From: Armatimonadota bacterium
GTDB taxonomy: Bacteria > Armatimonadota > Hebobacteria > CAIYQO01
Assembly (NCBI GenBank): GCA_029553475.1
Contig: JAKPKV010000137.1
Span: forward strand, 69,976-133,975
DNA: 64,000 nt
Reading direction: 5' to 3'
Below, piece by piece: positions 20,409 to 29,161 of this stretch. Under the pieces are notes generated by a model. The model did no database searches and was not told the DNA's origin. It saw only the letters and a program-made list of their open reading frames with translations. The number at the start of each line of letters is the position of its first letter. The first letter of the stretch is position 1. The position numbers and the translations under genes are program-made.

Positions 20409-21323
20409 CTACAGCGCCGGGTTCTCCTCCGACACCGGATGATAGTGCACGTGTACCCGCCGCAGGTATTCCACCGCGCGCAGCAGCGCGGCTTCAACCT
20501 CCTCGGCGATGGCGTCGCCCTGCGAGACGGTGAGGCCGCCGTCTATGCCCACGGTGACGTTCACCACCAGGAAGGGGCCGAAGCGGTGGGCGTGAATCTC
20601 CTCCACCTGGCGCACGCCGGGGAGGGGGCGCACCACGTCGAGGATCTGCTGCTTGAGCACGTCGCCGGGCACGGCGTCCATCAGCTCGCTCACCGCCTCG
20701 CGCAGGATGGCCAGCCCGGTGCGGAAGATGACCAGCGCCACCACGGCGCCGGCCAGCGGATCCACCCAGGCATAGCCCGCGCGCCCCAGCGTGATGCCGA
20801 CCGTCACCGCCAGCGCGGAGAAGACGTCGTTGCGGTGGTCGTGGGCCAGCGCCACCACCGCGGCGTTCTTCGTCTGCCGGCCGATGCGCAGGGTGAAGGT
20901 GGTGAGCGCGATCTTCAGCAGCACGGTGAAGAGCGCCACCCAGAGGGTGAAGAGCGCGGCGGGCCGCGCCGCGCCCCGCCCGGTGAGCAGCAGGTAGGTG
21001 TCGCTGGCGGTGTTCCAGAAGAGGGCGATGGCGGTGGTGATGACGAAGGCGCCCACGGTGAGCGCGGCGATGCTCTCCAACTGCCGGTGGCCGTAGGGGT
21101 GCTCCTCGTCCGGCGGCTTGTGCGCCAGCCGCATGAAGACGCTCACCAGGATATAATAGGTGACGTCCGACACCGAGTTAATGCCGTCCGCCAGCAGCGC
21201 CGGGCTGTGCCCCAGCACTCCCGCCGCCGTCTTCACCGCGGCCAGGCCGATATTCGCCACCAGTCCCAGATTGACCGCCAGCAATCCCCGGCGCTCGCGC
21301 GGCGTCTCCATGGCCCTAAGCAT
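20409..21323 (-). CDS. cation diffusion facilitator family transporter
   Basis: 304 aa. Six TM segments, ..SPALLADGINSVSDV.. and ..ALAHDHRNDVFSAL.., and a C-terminal cytoplasmic dimerisation domain. Confidence 0.88.
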   Translation of the reverse strand: MLRAMETPRERRGLLAVNLGLVANIGLAAVKTAAGVLGHSPALLADGINSVSDVTYYILVSVFMRLAHKPPDEEHPYGHRQLESIAALTVGAFVITTAIALFWNTASDTYLLLTGRGAARPAALFTLWVALFTVLLKIALTTFTLRIGRQTKNAAVVALAHDHRNDVFSALAVTVGITLGRAGYAWVDPLAGAVVALVIFRTGLAILREAVSELMDAVPGDVLKQQILDVVRPLPGVRQVEEIHAHRFGPFLVVNVTVGIDGGLTVSQGDAIAEEVEAALLRAVEYLRRVHVHYHPVSEENPAL

Positions 21324-21380
21324 ACGCCGGACGCGAGCGCTTCACAAGACCGGCCTCACCCGCGCCCGCCCCCGGCGCCC

Positions 21381-21526
21381 GTTTCGTACTCGTACTCGTA
21401 CTCGTACTCGAATACGGCTTCGCTTCTTCACCGCGCGTCTGATCTCCAGGCACCGGACTGACTGAGGCGCGGTAACAACGCGCTCGGCTGCAGCACAACC
21501 GTTTCGAGTACGAGCACGAGTACGAG
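21381..21526. repeat. R2 palindromic repeat
   Basis: GTTTCGTACTCGTACTCGTACTCGTACTCGAATACGGCTTCGCTTCTTCACC..GTCTGATCTCCAGGCACCGGACTG..CGTTTCGAGTACGAGCACGAGTACGAG. Confidence 0.85.
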
Positions 21527-21558
21527 CCACTTGACGGACCTTCCCCCCACCCCGTACA

Positions 21559-24219
21559 GTGAGCAGGATGGACCACGCCGTCCCCGGAGGAGAAGGCATG
21601 CTCAATCAACTGCTTCGCATCATCGTGCTGGCGCTGCTGTGGCTGCGGTATCGGTTGACCGTGCGCGGGCTGCGGGAGATTCGGGCGCGGGGGACAGGGG
21701 GGATCCTCTTTCTCCCCACGCATCCGGCGCTCATTGACCCGGTGATCCTCACCGCCACGCTGCTGAAGGATTTTCAGGCGCGCCCCTTCGCCGATCAGGA
21801 CGCGGTGGACCTGCCGGGCATCCGCTGGCTGGTGAGCCGCGTGCGCGCGCTGACCATCCCCACCATCGCGAAATACGGGCAGTCGGCGATGGCGCGCATC
21901 GAGGCGACGGTGCGGCAGAGCATCGCGGCGCTGCGCGCGGGCGACAATATCATCCTCTACCCCGCCGGCGGGCTGCTGCGCGGGCGCCTGGAAGTGGTGG
22001 GCGGCAACAGCGCGGTGGAGACGATCCTGCGCGCGCTGCCCGAGGTGCGGGTGGTGCTGGTGCGCACCCGCGGGCTGTGGGGCAGCAGCTTCAGCCTCAT
22101 CAACGGCAAGGAAGCGGACGTGGGGGCCATTCTGCTGCGCGGCATCGGGCAGATCCTCGGCAACCTCCTCGTCTTCACCCCGCGCCGCCGCGTGGACCTG
22201 TATTTCGCGGAGCCGGCGGACTTCCCCCGCGACGGCGACCGTGCGGCGATCAACGCCTACCTGGAACGCTTTTATAATGAGGACGCCCCCCCGGCGACGT
22301 ACGTGCCCTACTCTATCTGGCGCGGCGAAAAACGTCGGGAGCTGCCCGACCCGGCGTGGGGCGGCCTGCCCGGCGCGGTGGAGGACGTGCCGGCGGGCAC
22401 GCGGGAGATCGTCCTCGCCCGCCTGCGCGAGATGACCGGCGCGACGACCATCGCCCTCGACGACCGGCTGGCCAACGAGCTGGGCATGGACAGCCTGGCG
22501 CGCGCCGAGCTGCTGGCGTGGCTGGAGGCGGAGTTCGGCTTCCCGCAGGGGAACTCCGACTCGCTGCAGACGGTGGCGGACGTGCTGCTCGCCGCCTTCG
22601 GCGAGGCGATGGCGGACGCGCGCGTGACGCTGAAGCCGGCGCCGGACGCGTGGTTCGCCGCCGACAGCGACGCGGTGCTGGCGCCGCCGCCGGGCGAGAC
22701 GCTGGCGGACTGTTTTCTGGCGATGGCCCGCCGCGAGCCGACCCGCGCCGTGGTGGCCGATCAGCTCAGCGGCATGAAAACCTACCGCGAGCTGGTGATG
22801 GGCATCCTCGCGCTGCTGCCGGCGGTGAAGGCGCTGCCCGGCGACCGCCTGGGCATCATGCTGCCCGCCTCCGTCGCCGCCTGCCTCGCCTACCTGACGA
22901 CGCTGTTTGCCGGCCGCACCCCGGTGATGCTGAACTGGACGGTGGGCCGGCGCAACCTGCGGCACGCGCTGGAGTGCACCGGCACGGAGCGCATCCTCAC
23001 CGTGAAGCCGCTGGTCGCGCGGCTGGAAAAGGCGGGGATGGACTTGTCGGGCATCGCAGAGCGCTTCGTCTACCTGGAAGAGCTCGGCGCGTCGCTGACT
23101 AAGGGGCAGAAGCTGCGCGCGCTGGTGAACAGTTATCTCAACTGGGGCGCGCTCACCTCCGCCGCGGTCACGCCCACCGCGGCGATCCTCTTCACCAGCG
23201 GCTCGGAGAGCCTGCCGAAGGCGGTGCCGCTCAGCCACGCGAATATCCTCGCCGACCTGCGCGACGTGCTGCCGATGACGAAACTGCGCCGCAGCGACCG
23301 TCTGCTGGCGATGCTGCCGCCCTTCCACTCGTTCGGGCTGACCGGCACCATGGCGGCGCCGCTCTGCGCCGGGCTGCGCGCCGTCTATCACCCGAACCCG
23401 ACGGAGGGGAGCGTGCTGGCGCGGCTCCTCCACGCCTACCGCGCCACGCTGCTGCTCGGCACCCCCACCTTCCTCAACGGCATCCTGCGCGGGGCGACGC
23501 CGGAGCAGCTCGCCTCGCTGCGGCTGGCGGTGGCCGGCGCCGAGGAATGCCCGCCCCGCGTGTACGCGCTGCTGCGCGAGCGCTGTCCGGGGGCGACGCT
23601 CATCGAGGGCTACGGCATCACCGAGTGCGCGCCCATCGTGGCGGTGAACGATCCCGACTGCCCCCGTCCGCACACCATCGGCCGGCTGCTGCCCTCGCTG
23701 GACTCCGCGCTGCTCGACGTGGAGACGGGCGGCCCCGTCGCCCCCGGCGCCGCCGGCATGCTGCTGGTACGCGGGCCGTCCATCTTCGCCGGCTACCTGG
23801 GCGAGGCGGACAGCCCCTTCGTGGAGCACGACGGCAGGGCATGGTATCGCACCGGCGACCTGGTGCGCCGCGAGGCGGACGGCGTCTTCGTCTTCGTCGG
23901 GCGGCTGAAACGCTTCGTGAAACTCGGCGGCGAGATGATCTCGCTGCCCGCCATCGAATCCGCGCTGCTGGCCCACTGCGGGTCGGCGGAGGATGATGGC
24001 CCCATCCTCGCGGTGACCGCCACGGCCGACGAACGCCCGGAGCTGGTGCTCTTCACCGTGAAACCCATCACCCGCGAGGAGGCGAACGCCATCATCCGCG
24101 ACGCCGGCCTCTCCGCGCTGCATAACCTTCGCCGCGTGGAGACCATAGACGCCATCCCGGTGCTGGGCACGGGGAAGACGGATTACCGGGCCCTGCAGGG
24201 GCTATTGGTCGAGGGATGA
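21559..24219 (+). CDS. Aas-like fusion: lysophospholipid acyltransferase + carrier-protein (PP-binding) domain + acyl-AMP ligase
   Basis: 886 aa. N-terminal PlsC-type HX4D region (LPTHPALIDP), central LGMDSLARAELLAWLE phosphopantetheine-attachment-like motif, C-terminal adenylate-forming motifs (FTSGSESLPKAV, GYGITECAP, YRTGDL, GRLKRFVKLGGEMISL). The start may be ATG at 21598. Confidence 0.8.
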   Translation: MSRMDHAVPGGEGMLNQLLRIIVLALLWLRYRLTVRGLREIRARGTGGILFLPTHPALIDPVILTATLLKDFQARPFADQDAVDLPGIRWLVSRVRALTIPTIAKYGQSAMARIEATVRQSIAALRAGDNIILYPAGGLLRGRLEVVGGNSAVETILRALPEVRVVLVRTRGLWGSSFSLINGKEADVGAILLRGIGQILGNLLVFTPRRRVDLYFAEPADFPRDGDRAAINAYLERFYNEDAPPATYVPYSIWRGEKRRELPDPAWGGLPGAVEDVPAGTREIVLARLREMTGATTIALDDRLANELGMDSLARAELLAWLEAEFGFPQGNSDSLQTVADVLLAAFGEAMADARVTLKPAPDAWFAADSDAVLAPPPGETLADCFLAMARREPTRAVVADQLSGMKTYRELVMGILALLPAVKALPGDRLGIMLPASVAACLAYLTTLFAGRTPVMLNWTVGRRNLRHALECTGTERILTVKPLVARLEKAGMDLSGIAERFVYLEELGASLTKGQKLRALVNSYLNWGALTSAAVTPTAAILFTSGSESLPKAVPLSHANILADLRDVLPMTKLRRSDRLLAMLPPFHSFGLTGTMAAPLCAGLRAVYHPNPTEGSVLARLLHAYRATLLLGTPTFLNGILRGATPEQLASLRLAVAGAEECPPRVYALLRERCPGATLIEGYGITECAPIVAVNDPDCPRPHTIGRLLPSLDSALLDVETGGPVAPGAAGMLLVRGPSIFAGYLGEADSPFVEHDGRAWYRTGDLVRREADGVFVFVGRLKRFVKLGGEMISLPAIESALLAHCGSAEDDGPILAVTATADERPELVLFTVKPITREEANAIIRDAGLSALHNLRRVETIDAIPVLGTGKTDYRALQGLLVEG

Positions 24220-24263
24220 ATCCATCGCGCGCGACGGACGGAACTGAAGTTTAGAGGGCGCAT

Positions 24264-24899
24264 ATGATAACTGAACCCATCACCCGCCTGATCACCCGCT
24301 ACCCCGCGCTGGCGCCGCTGGAAGGCGCGCTGACGGCGGCGGGGGAGCGCCTGCTCGCCTGTTTCCGCGCCGGCGGCAAGCTGCTGCTCTGCGGCAACGG
24401 GGGGAGCGCGGCGGACTGCCTGCATATCGCCGGGGAGTTGTTGAAGGGCTTCACCTCGACGCGGCCATTAGCGGAGGAGGACCGCGCGGCGCTGGCGGCG
24501 CTGTACGGTGATGAGGGGACGCGGCTGGGGCGGCGGCTGCAGCGCGGGCTGCCGGCGGTGGCGCTGCCGGGGGCGCTGGCCCTCACCACCGCGATGGCGA
24601 ACGACGTGGACGCCGACCTCGTCTACGCCCAGGGGGTGATGGCGTTGGGCGTGCCCGGCGACGCCCTCCTCTGCCTGAGCACCTCCGGCACGGCGAAAAA
24701 CGTCCTCGCCGCCGCCCGCGTGGCGCGCTGGCGCGGGCTGGCGGTCATCGGCCTCACCGGCAACGGCGGCGGCCCGCTGGCCCCCCTCTGCGACCTCGCG
24801 ATCATCACGCCGGGCGCCACCACCGCGGATATTCAGGAATACCACCTGCCCATCTATCACGCGCTGTGCGAAGTGGTGGAGCGGGGAATGTTCGGCTAA
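24264..24899 (+). CDS. gmhA: SIS-domain phosphoheptose isomerase (GmhA/DiaA family)
   Basis: 211 aa. LLLCGNGGSAADCLHIAGEL and LSTSGTAKNV motifs. Confidence 0.75.
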   Translation: MITEPITRLITRYPALAPLEGALTAAGERLLACFRAGGKLLLCGNGGSAADCLHIAGELLKGFTSTRPLAEEDRAALAALYGDEGTRLGRRLQRGLPAVALPGALALTTAMANDVDADLVYAQGVMALGVPGDALLCLSTSGTAKNVLAAARVARWRGLAVIGLTGNGGGPLAPLCDLAIITPGATTADIQEYHLPIYHALCEVVERGMFG

Positions 24900-24918
24900 C
24901 GCGATGAACGCCTGCTCC

Positions 24919-24965
24919 CTGCAACCTGCAACTCTGCAACCGTGCAACCTGCAACCACACCAACC
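24919..24965 (+). repeat. short tandem tract (CTGCAAC-type units)
   Basis: CTGCAACCTGCAACTCTGCAACCGTGCAACCTGCAACCACACCAACC, between gmhA and ftsE. Confidence 0.8.
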
Positions 24966-25038
24966 GCTCCCCCGCGTCGGCACGGCACCGGATGTGGGCA
25001 TTTTTCGCGCCATGTTTCATCTCGGTGGCGAATTGGGG

Positions 25039-25044
25039 TATAAT
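25039..25044 (+). promoter_or_regulatory. candidate -10 box for a leaderless ftsE transcript
   Basis: Perfect TATAAT ending 6 nt before the GTG at 25051. No Shine-Dalgarno sequence in between. Confidence 0.4.
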
Positions 25045-25050
25045 CGGGCC

Positions 25051-25806
25051 GTGTCTGAACAACCCGTCATCGAATTACAACAGGTCTCCGTCGTGTATCC
25101 GAACGGGATCCAGGCGTTGCAGGAAGCCGATCTGCGCGTGAACAAAGGCGAGTTCGTCTTTCTCGTCGGCCCCAGCGGCGAGGGGAAATCCACCATCCTG
25201 AAGCTGCTCTACCGCGAGGTGAAGGCGACCACGGGGCACGTCTTGGTGGAAGGGCATGACGTGGGCCGGCTCGCGGCGGTGGGGGTGGCGCGGCTGCGCC
25301 GCCGCCTCGGCGTGGTCTTCCAGGATTTCCGCCTGCTCGACTACAAAACCGTGCGCGAGAACCTGACCTTCGCCATGCAGGTGCTGAACACTCCGCCGCA
25401 GATCATCCGCCGCCGCGTGAACGAGCTGCTGGAGCAGGTCGGCCTGCTGGACCGCCGCCACGACTTCCCGCAGCAGCTCTCCGGCGGCGAGCAGCAGCGG
25501 CTGTGCATCGCGCGGGCGCTCATCAATCACCCGCCCATCCTGCTGGCAGACGAGCCCACCGGCAACCTGGACCCCGAGACGTCCGTGGACATTTTCCGGC
25601 TGCTGGAGGCGATTAACCTCAAAGGCACGACGGTGATCGTGGCGACGCACGACCACGCCATGGTGGACCGCATGCTGCGGCGCGTGGTGTATATGTGCGG
25701 CGGGCGCATCGTCGGCGATCATCCGGCGGGCAGCTACTATCAGCCCGACGAATGCCCGTGCGACGACGCGGCGCCCGCGGCCCGCGGCGCGAGCGCTGAG
25801 TGGTAA
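25051..25806 (+). CDS. ftsE: cell division ATP-binding protein FtsE
   Basis: VSEQPVIELQQVSVVYPNG.., Walker A GPSGEGKST, LSGGEQQR, ILLADEPTGNLD. Alternative ATG at 25012. Confidence 0.88.
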   Translation: MSEQPVIELQQVSVVYPNGIQALQEADLRVNKGEFVFLVGPSGEGKSTILKLLYREVKATTGHVLVEGHDVGRLAAVGVARLRRRLGVVFQDFRLLDYKTVRENLTFAMQVLNTPPQIIRRRVNELLEQVGLLDRRHDFPQQLSGGEQQRLCIARALINHPPILLADEPTGNLDPETSVDIFRLLEAINLKGTTVIVATHDHAMVDRMLRRVVYMCGGRIVGDHPAGSYYQPDECPCDDAAPAARGASAEW

Positions 25807-25841
25807 TACCGACGCGAGGCGTCGGCTCCGGGTAGGCATTC

Positions 25842-26741
25842 ATGTTCTCACGACTCGAATTTTTCATCACCGAAACGTTTGTCAGCATGCGCCGGCATCC
25901 GGCGATGGCGTTTGCCGCGACGATCTGCATCGCCGCGTCGCTGTTCGTCGCCGGCATCGTCGGCTTAATCGTGCTCAACGTCAACTACGCCACCGACACC
26001 ACGCTCAACCGCGTGCGCTTCAACGTCTATTTCCAGCCGGAGATCAGTCGGCACGAAGCGTGGGTGGCCTACAAGCGCATCCTCGACATGGCGCGGGTGG
26101 AAGAGGCGCAGTTCATCCCCAAGGAAAAGTCGCCCTTCTGGCTGAAGTACCAGCAAAACCACCCGGACACGAAGAACCTGCTGAACCGCAACCCGCTGCC
26201 GGACAGCGTGGTGGTGAAGGCGCGCGACCTGGAGGACATCAAGGCGCTGAAGCTGGCGATGCTGGAGTGGGGCGAGGTGCGCTCGGTGCGCGACACCCCG
26301 GACCTGATCCAGAAACTCATCAACGTCAGCGAGGCGGTGAAGCAGTCCGGCATCATCATCGGCATCATCCTCATCGCGCTCTCGCTGGTGATCATTCACC
26401 ACACCATTGAGCTGACGCTGTATGCCCGCCGGCGCGAGATGTTCATCATGGGGCTGGTGGGCGCCACTCCGGCCACCATCGCGCTGCCCTTCCTGCTGGA
26501 AGGGATCATCTACGGCCTGTTCGGCGCGGGGGTGGCGCTGGGCATCCTCGTCCCGCTGTACCGCTTCGCCGCGCAAAAGATCGCCGCGAATTTCGGCTTC
26601 GCGCTGCTCACGAAAGGGCCGGAAATGACTCACGGTCTCATCGCCGTGCTCATCGCCGGCGTCGCCCTCGGCTTCATCGGCAGCGTGGTCTCCGTCTGCA
26701 AATATCTGCGCACGCCGAAATCGCGGCTGACGAACGCCTGA
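25842..26741 (+). CDS. ftsX: cell division permease FtsX
   Basis: 299 aa. TM1, large periplasmic loop, then three C-terminal TMs. Immediately follows ftsE. Confidence 0.85.
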   Translation: MFSRLEFFITETFVSMRRHPAMAFAATICIAASLFVAGIVGLIVLNVNYATDTTLNRVRFNVYFQPEISRHEAWVAYKRILDMARVEEAQFIPKEKSPFWLKYQQNHPDTKNLLNRNPLPDSVVVKARDLEDIKALKLAMLEWGEVRSVRDTPDLIQKLINVSEAVKQSGIIIGIILIALSLVIIHHTIELTLYARRREMFIMGLVGATPATIALPFLLEGIIYGLFGAGVALGILVPLYRFAAQKIAANFGFALLTKGPEMTHGLIAVLIAGVALGFIGSVVSVCKYLRTPKSRLTNA

Positions 26742-27108
26742 CGGGTAAAGCGGTGACAGACACCGCATGACGCCTATGAAGATGCCGGTATCGTTGGGAC
26801 TGACTGCGCATGGCCCGTTTGGCAATCGGCCCGACCCGCAATATGCCCGTGTCGTGCTCCATGCCGCCCCGCCATGCGTAGTCTGTCCCGTCCAGGGTCC
26901 ATCGGTGACAGACAGCATGACTGAGCGTTCTCGGTAACGCCCGGACACCTGTCACCCATGTGCCGTGACGTTCCCGGATCTCGGCCTGAAGGGTCACGCG
27001 CAGTCAGTCACCGCTTTACTGAGTGCGTCACCGAATTTTTTGCAATCCGAACAAATTTGCCCTTGAAAATTGTCACTTTGCACTTTTCAATGCCCACAGG
27101 AGGCTCAC

Positions 27109-28851
27109 ATGCTCGCTCGCCTCGGTGTCCTTGCCACGCTGGCCGCGCTCTATATCGTGGGGCAGTCCCTTGCCGCCGCGCACGCCGCCGACCCCGACGC
27201 CGCCGCCGTCACCTGGACGATGGCCGGCCTGATGGTGGTCACTTTCCTGGCGCTGGTGGCGCTGATGTATACGAAGGTGCTGCCCGCGCTGCTGGCGCTG
27301 CCCATCCTCGCGGTGGCGCTGGCGAGCATCGCCGGGATGAAGTGGGACGTGCTCTTCACGAAAGTGATCGCGGACGGCACCACCCGCCTCTCCGGCGCCA
27401 TCATCGCCGCCATCCTCGGCGCGGTACTCGCCCAAGTGGTGGAGAAGACGGGCATCGCGCAGACGGCCATCAAGAAGACCGCGGAGCTGGGCGGCGACAA
27501 GCCGATGGTGCTCGCCGTGCTGCTCACCCTGGTCATCGCGCTGCTCTTCACCACCCTGGGCGGACTGGGCGCGGTGATCATGGTCGCCACCATCGCCATC
27601 CCCATCCTGCTGTCGCTGGGCCTGCGCCCGGTGTATGTGGGGTGTCTCTTCCTGCTCGCCCTCAGCCTGGGCGGCGTCTTCAACCTGGCGAACTGGCAGC
27701 TCTACAAGGACGTGCTCGGCCTCGACAACGCCGCCATCGGCCGCTTCGCCTATCCCTTCGCCGGCGCGATGCTGCTGGCCACCGCCGCCTTCATGGTCAT
27801 CGAGGGCACGCGCCTGGGCAAAAACCGCTTCAAAGCCACTGTCACCGAAACCGAAGACGCCCCGCGGCACACCTTCGTCCCCTGGTACGCCCTGCTCACC
27901 CCGGTGATCCCGCTGCTGCCGGTGCTGTTCTTCACGCTGTTGCCGAAATTCACCGCCAGGCCGGCGGAGATCGTCTACAAACCGATGCCGGGCGTCACGG
28001 TGAGTTCGGTGACCCAACGCGCATATGATCATGTCCGGCGGGAAAAGGAGCGCGCGCTGGCGCTGCCGATTTCGCCATTGACGCCGGATGTCCCGAGACC
28101 GCTCGCGGTCGGCGAAACCTACGTCCTCATGGCGATGCCTGATTCCTTCGAAGGTATTGAAAAGGCGGAAGGCATGACCATCACCCCCAAGCCATGGACG
28201 CGATACGAGATTTCTTCTACCTATGACTTGGCGACGAAGACCATCAAACTCCAATCGAAGGAGAGTTCGACAGCGTATGACTTCCCGATTGCGCTGGCCC
28301 TCCTCCTCGGCATCCTCTACGGCGCCATCACCACCTGGCGGCGCGGGCAGAGCACGGTGCAGTTGCTCACCAAAGCGTCCTTCGATGGCGTGGCGGCGGT
28401 GGGGCCGGCGGTGGTGCTGATGATCGGCATCGGCATGGTCTTTATGGCAACCAAGGAATCTCCCGAAGTCAATGGCATTATCGGGCCGGCCATCGCGAAA
28501 ATCGTGCCATTGGGCCAGACACCTGCCGCGTTCCTCCACTACGTGCTGCTTTTCGGCGTGCTCACCCCGCTGGCGCTGTATCGCGGCCCGCTGAATACCT
28601 GGGGCATGGGCGCAGGCTTGCTCGGTTTAATGCTGAAAGCCGGGATGCCCGCCGGCGCGGTGATGAGCGCCTTCATGTCCGTCGGCATGGTGCAGGGCGT
28701 CTGCGACCCGACGAATACGCACAACGTGTGGATCGCCAACTACACCAACACCGACGTGCAGGAGATCCTCAAGCGCACGCTGCCGTACATGTGGGCGCTG
28801 GCGTTCGTCGGCCTGCTCATCGCCGGGGCGATGTTTTACCTTGTCAAATAA
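27109..28851 (+). CDS. ion-transporter-superfamily permease (GntP/CitMHS-like) with a large central hydrophilic insertion
   Basis: ATG at 27109 preceded by AGGAGG. More than 10 hydrophobic helices. About 150 aa of soluble segment (TARPAEIVYKPMPG..QSKESSTAYD) in the middle. The substrate cannot be assigned. Confidence 0.65.
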   Translation: MLARLGVLATLAALYIVGQSLAAAHAADPDAAAVTWTMAGLMVVTFLALVALMYTKVLPALLALPILAVALASIAGMKWDVLFTKVIADGTTRLSGAIIAAILGAVLAQVVEKTGIAQTAIKKTAELGGDKPMVLAVLLTLVIALLFTTLGGLGAVIMVATIAIPILLSLGLRPVYVGCLFLLALSLGGVFNLANWQLYKDVLGLDNAAIGRFAYPFAGAMLLATAAFMVIEGTRLGKNRFKATVTETEDAPRHTFVPWYALLTPVIPLLPVLFFTLLPKFTARPAEIVYKPMPGVTVSSVTQRAYDHVRREKERALALPISPLTPDVPRPLAVGETYVLMAMPDSFEGIEKAEGMTITPKPWTRYEISSTYDLATKTIKLQSKESSTAYDFPIALALLLGILYGAITTWRRGQSTVQLLTKASFDGVAAVGPAVVLMIGIGMVFMATKESPEVNGIIGPAIAKIVPLGQTPAAFLHYVLLFGVLTPLALYRGPLNTWGMGAGLLGLMLKAGMPAGAVMSAFMSVGMVQGVCDPTNTHNVWIANYTNTDVQEILKRTLPYMWALAFVGLLIAGAMFYLVK

Positions 28852-28852
28852 C

Positions 28853-29059
28853 GTCCCGAAGGGACGGTCAGCCGTTAGCCACGGGTGGAGCGACAGCGGA
28901 ACCCGTGGAACACATTCGGCAAGACAAATCGAGCCCCGACGGGGCGACAGCAACGATGCTCTGCCGCCCCGTTGGGGCTTTTCCCATTTTCGGACACGGT
29001 TCCCACGGGTTGCGCTGTCGCTCCACCCGTGGCTAACGGCTCCTGCCCCGTTGGGGCAG
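28853..29059. repeat. composite palindrome made of two inverted R1 modules
   Basis: Reverse R1 copy at 28853-28909 (GTCCCGAAGGGAC..GTTAGCCACGGGTGGAGCGACAGCGGAACCCGTGG) and forward copy at 29002-29059, with GAGCCCCGACGGGGC / GCCCCGTTGGGGC hairpins between them. Confidence 0.85.
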
Positions 29060-29161
29060 TTTTTTCCCGACACAACCTCCCCTCCCGGCAGGGAATTCGC
29101 CCCGCCATCCCGAACCTCCCCTTTCGGCGCCGCATTTCGCAGACTCTGGCGCCGGGAGTAG

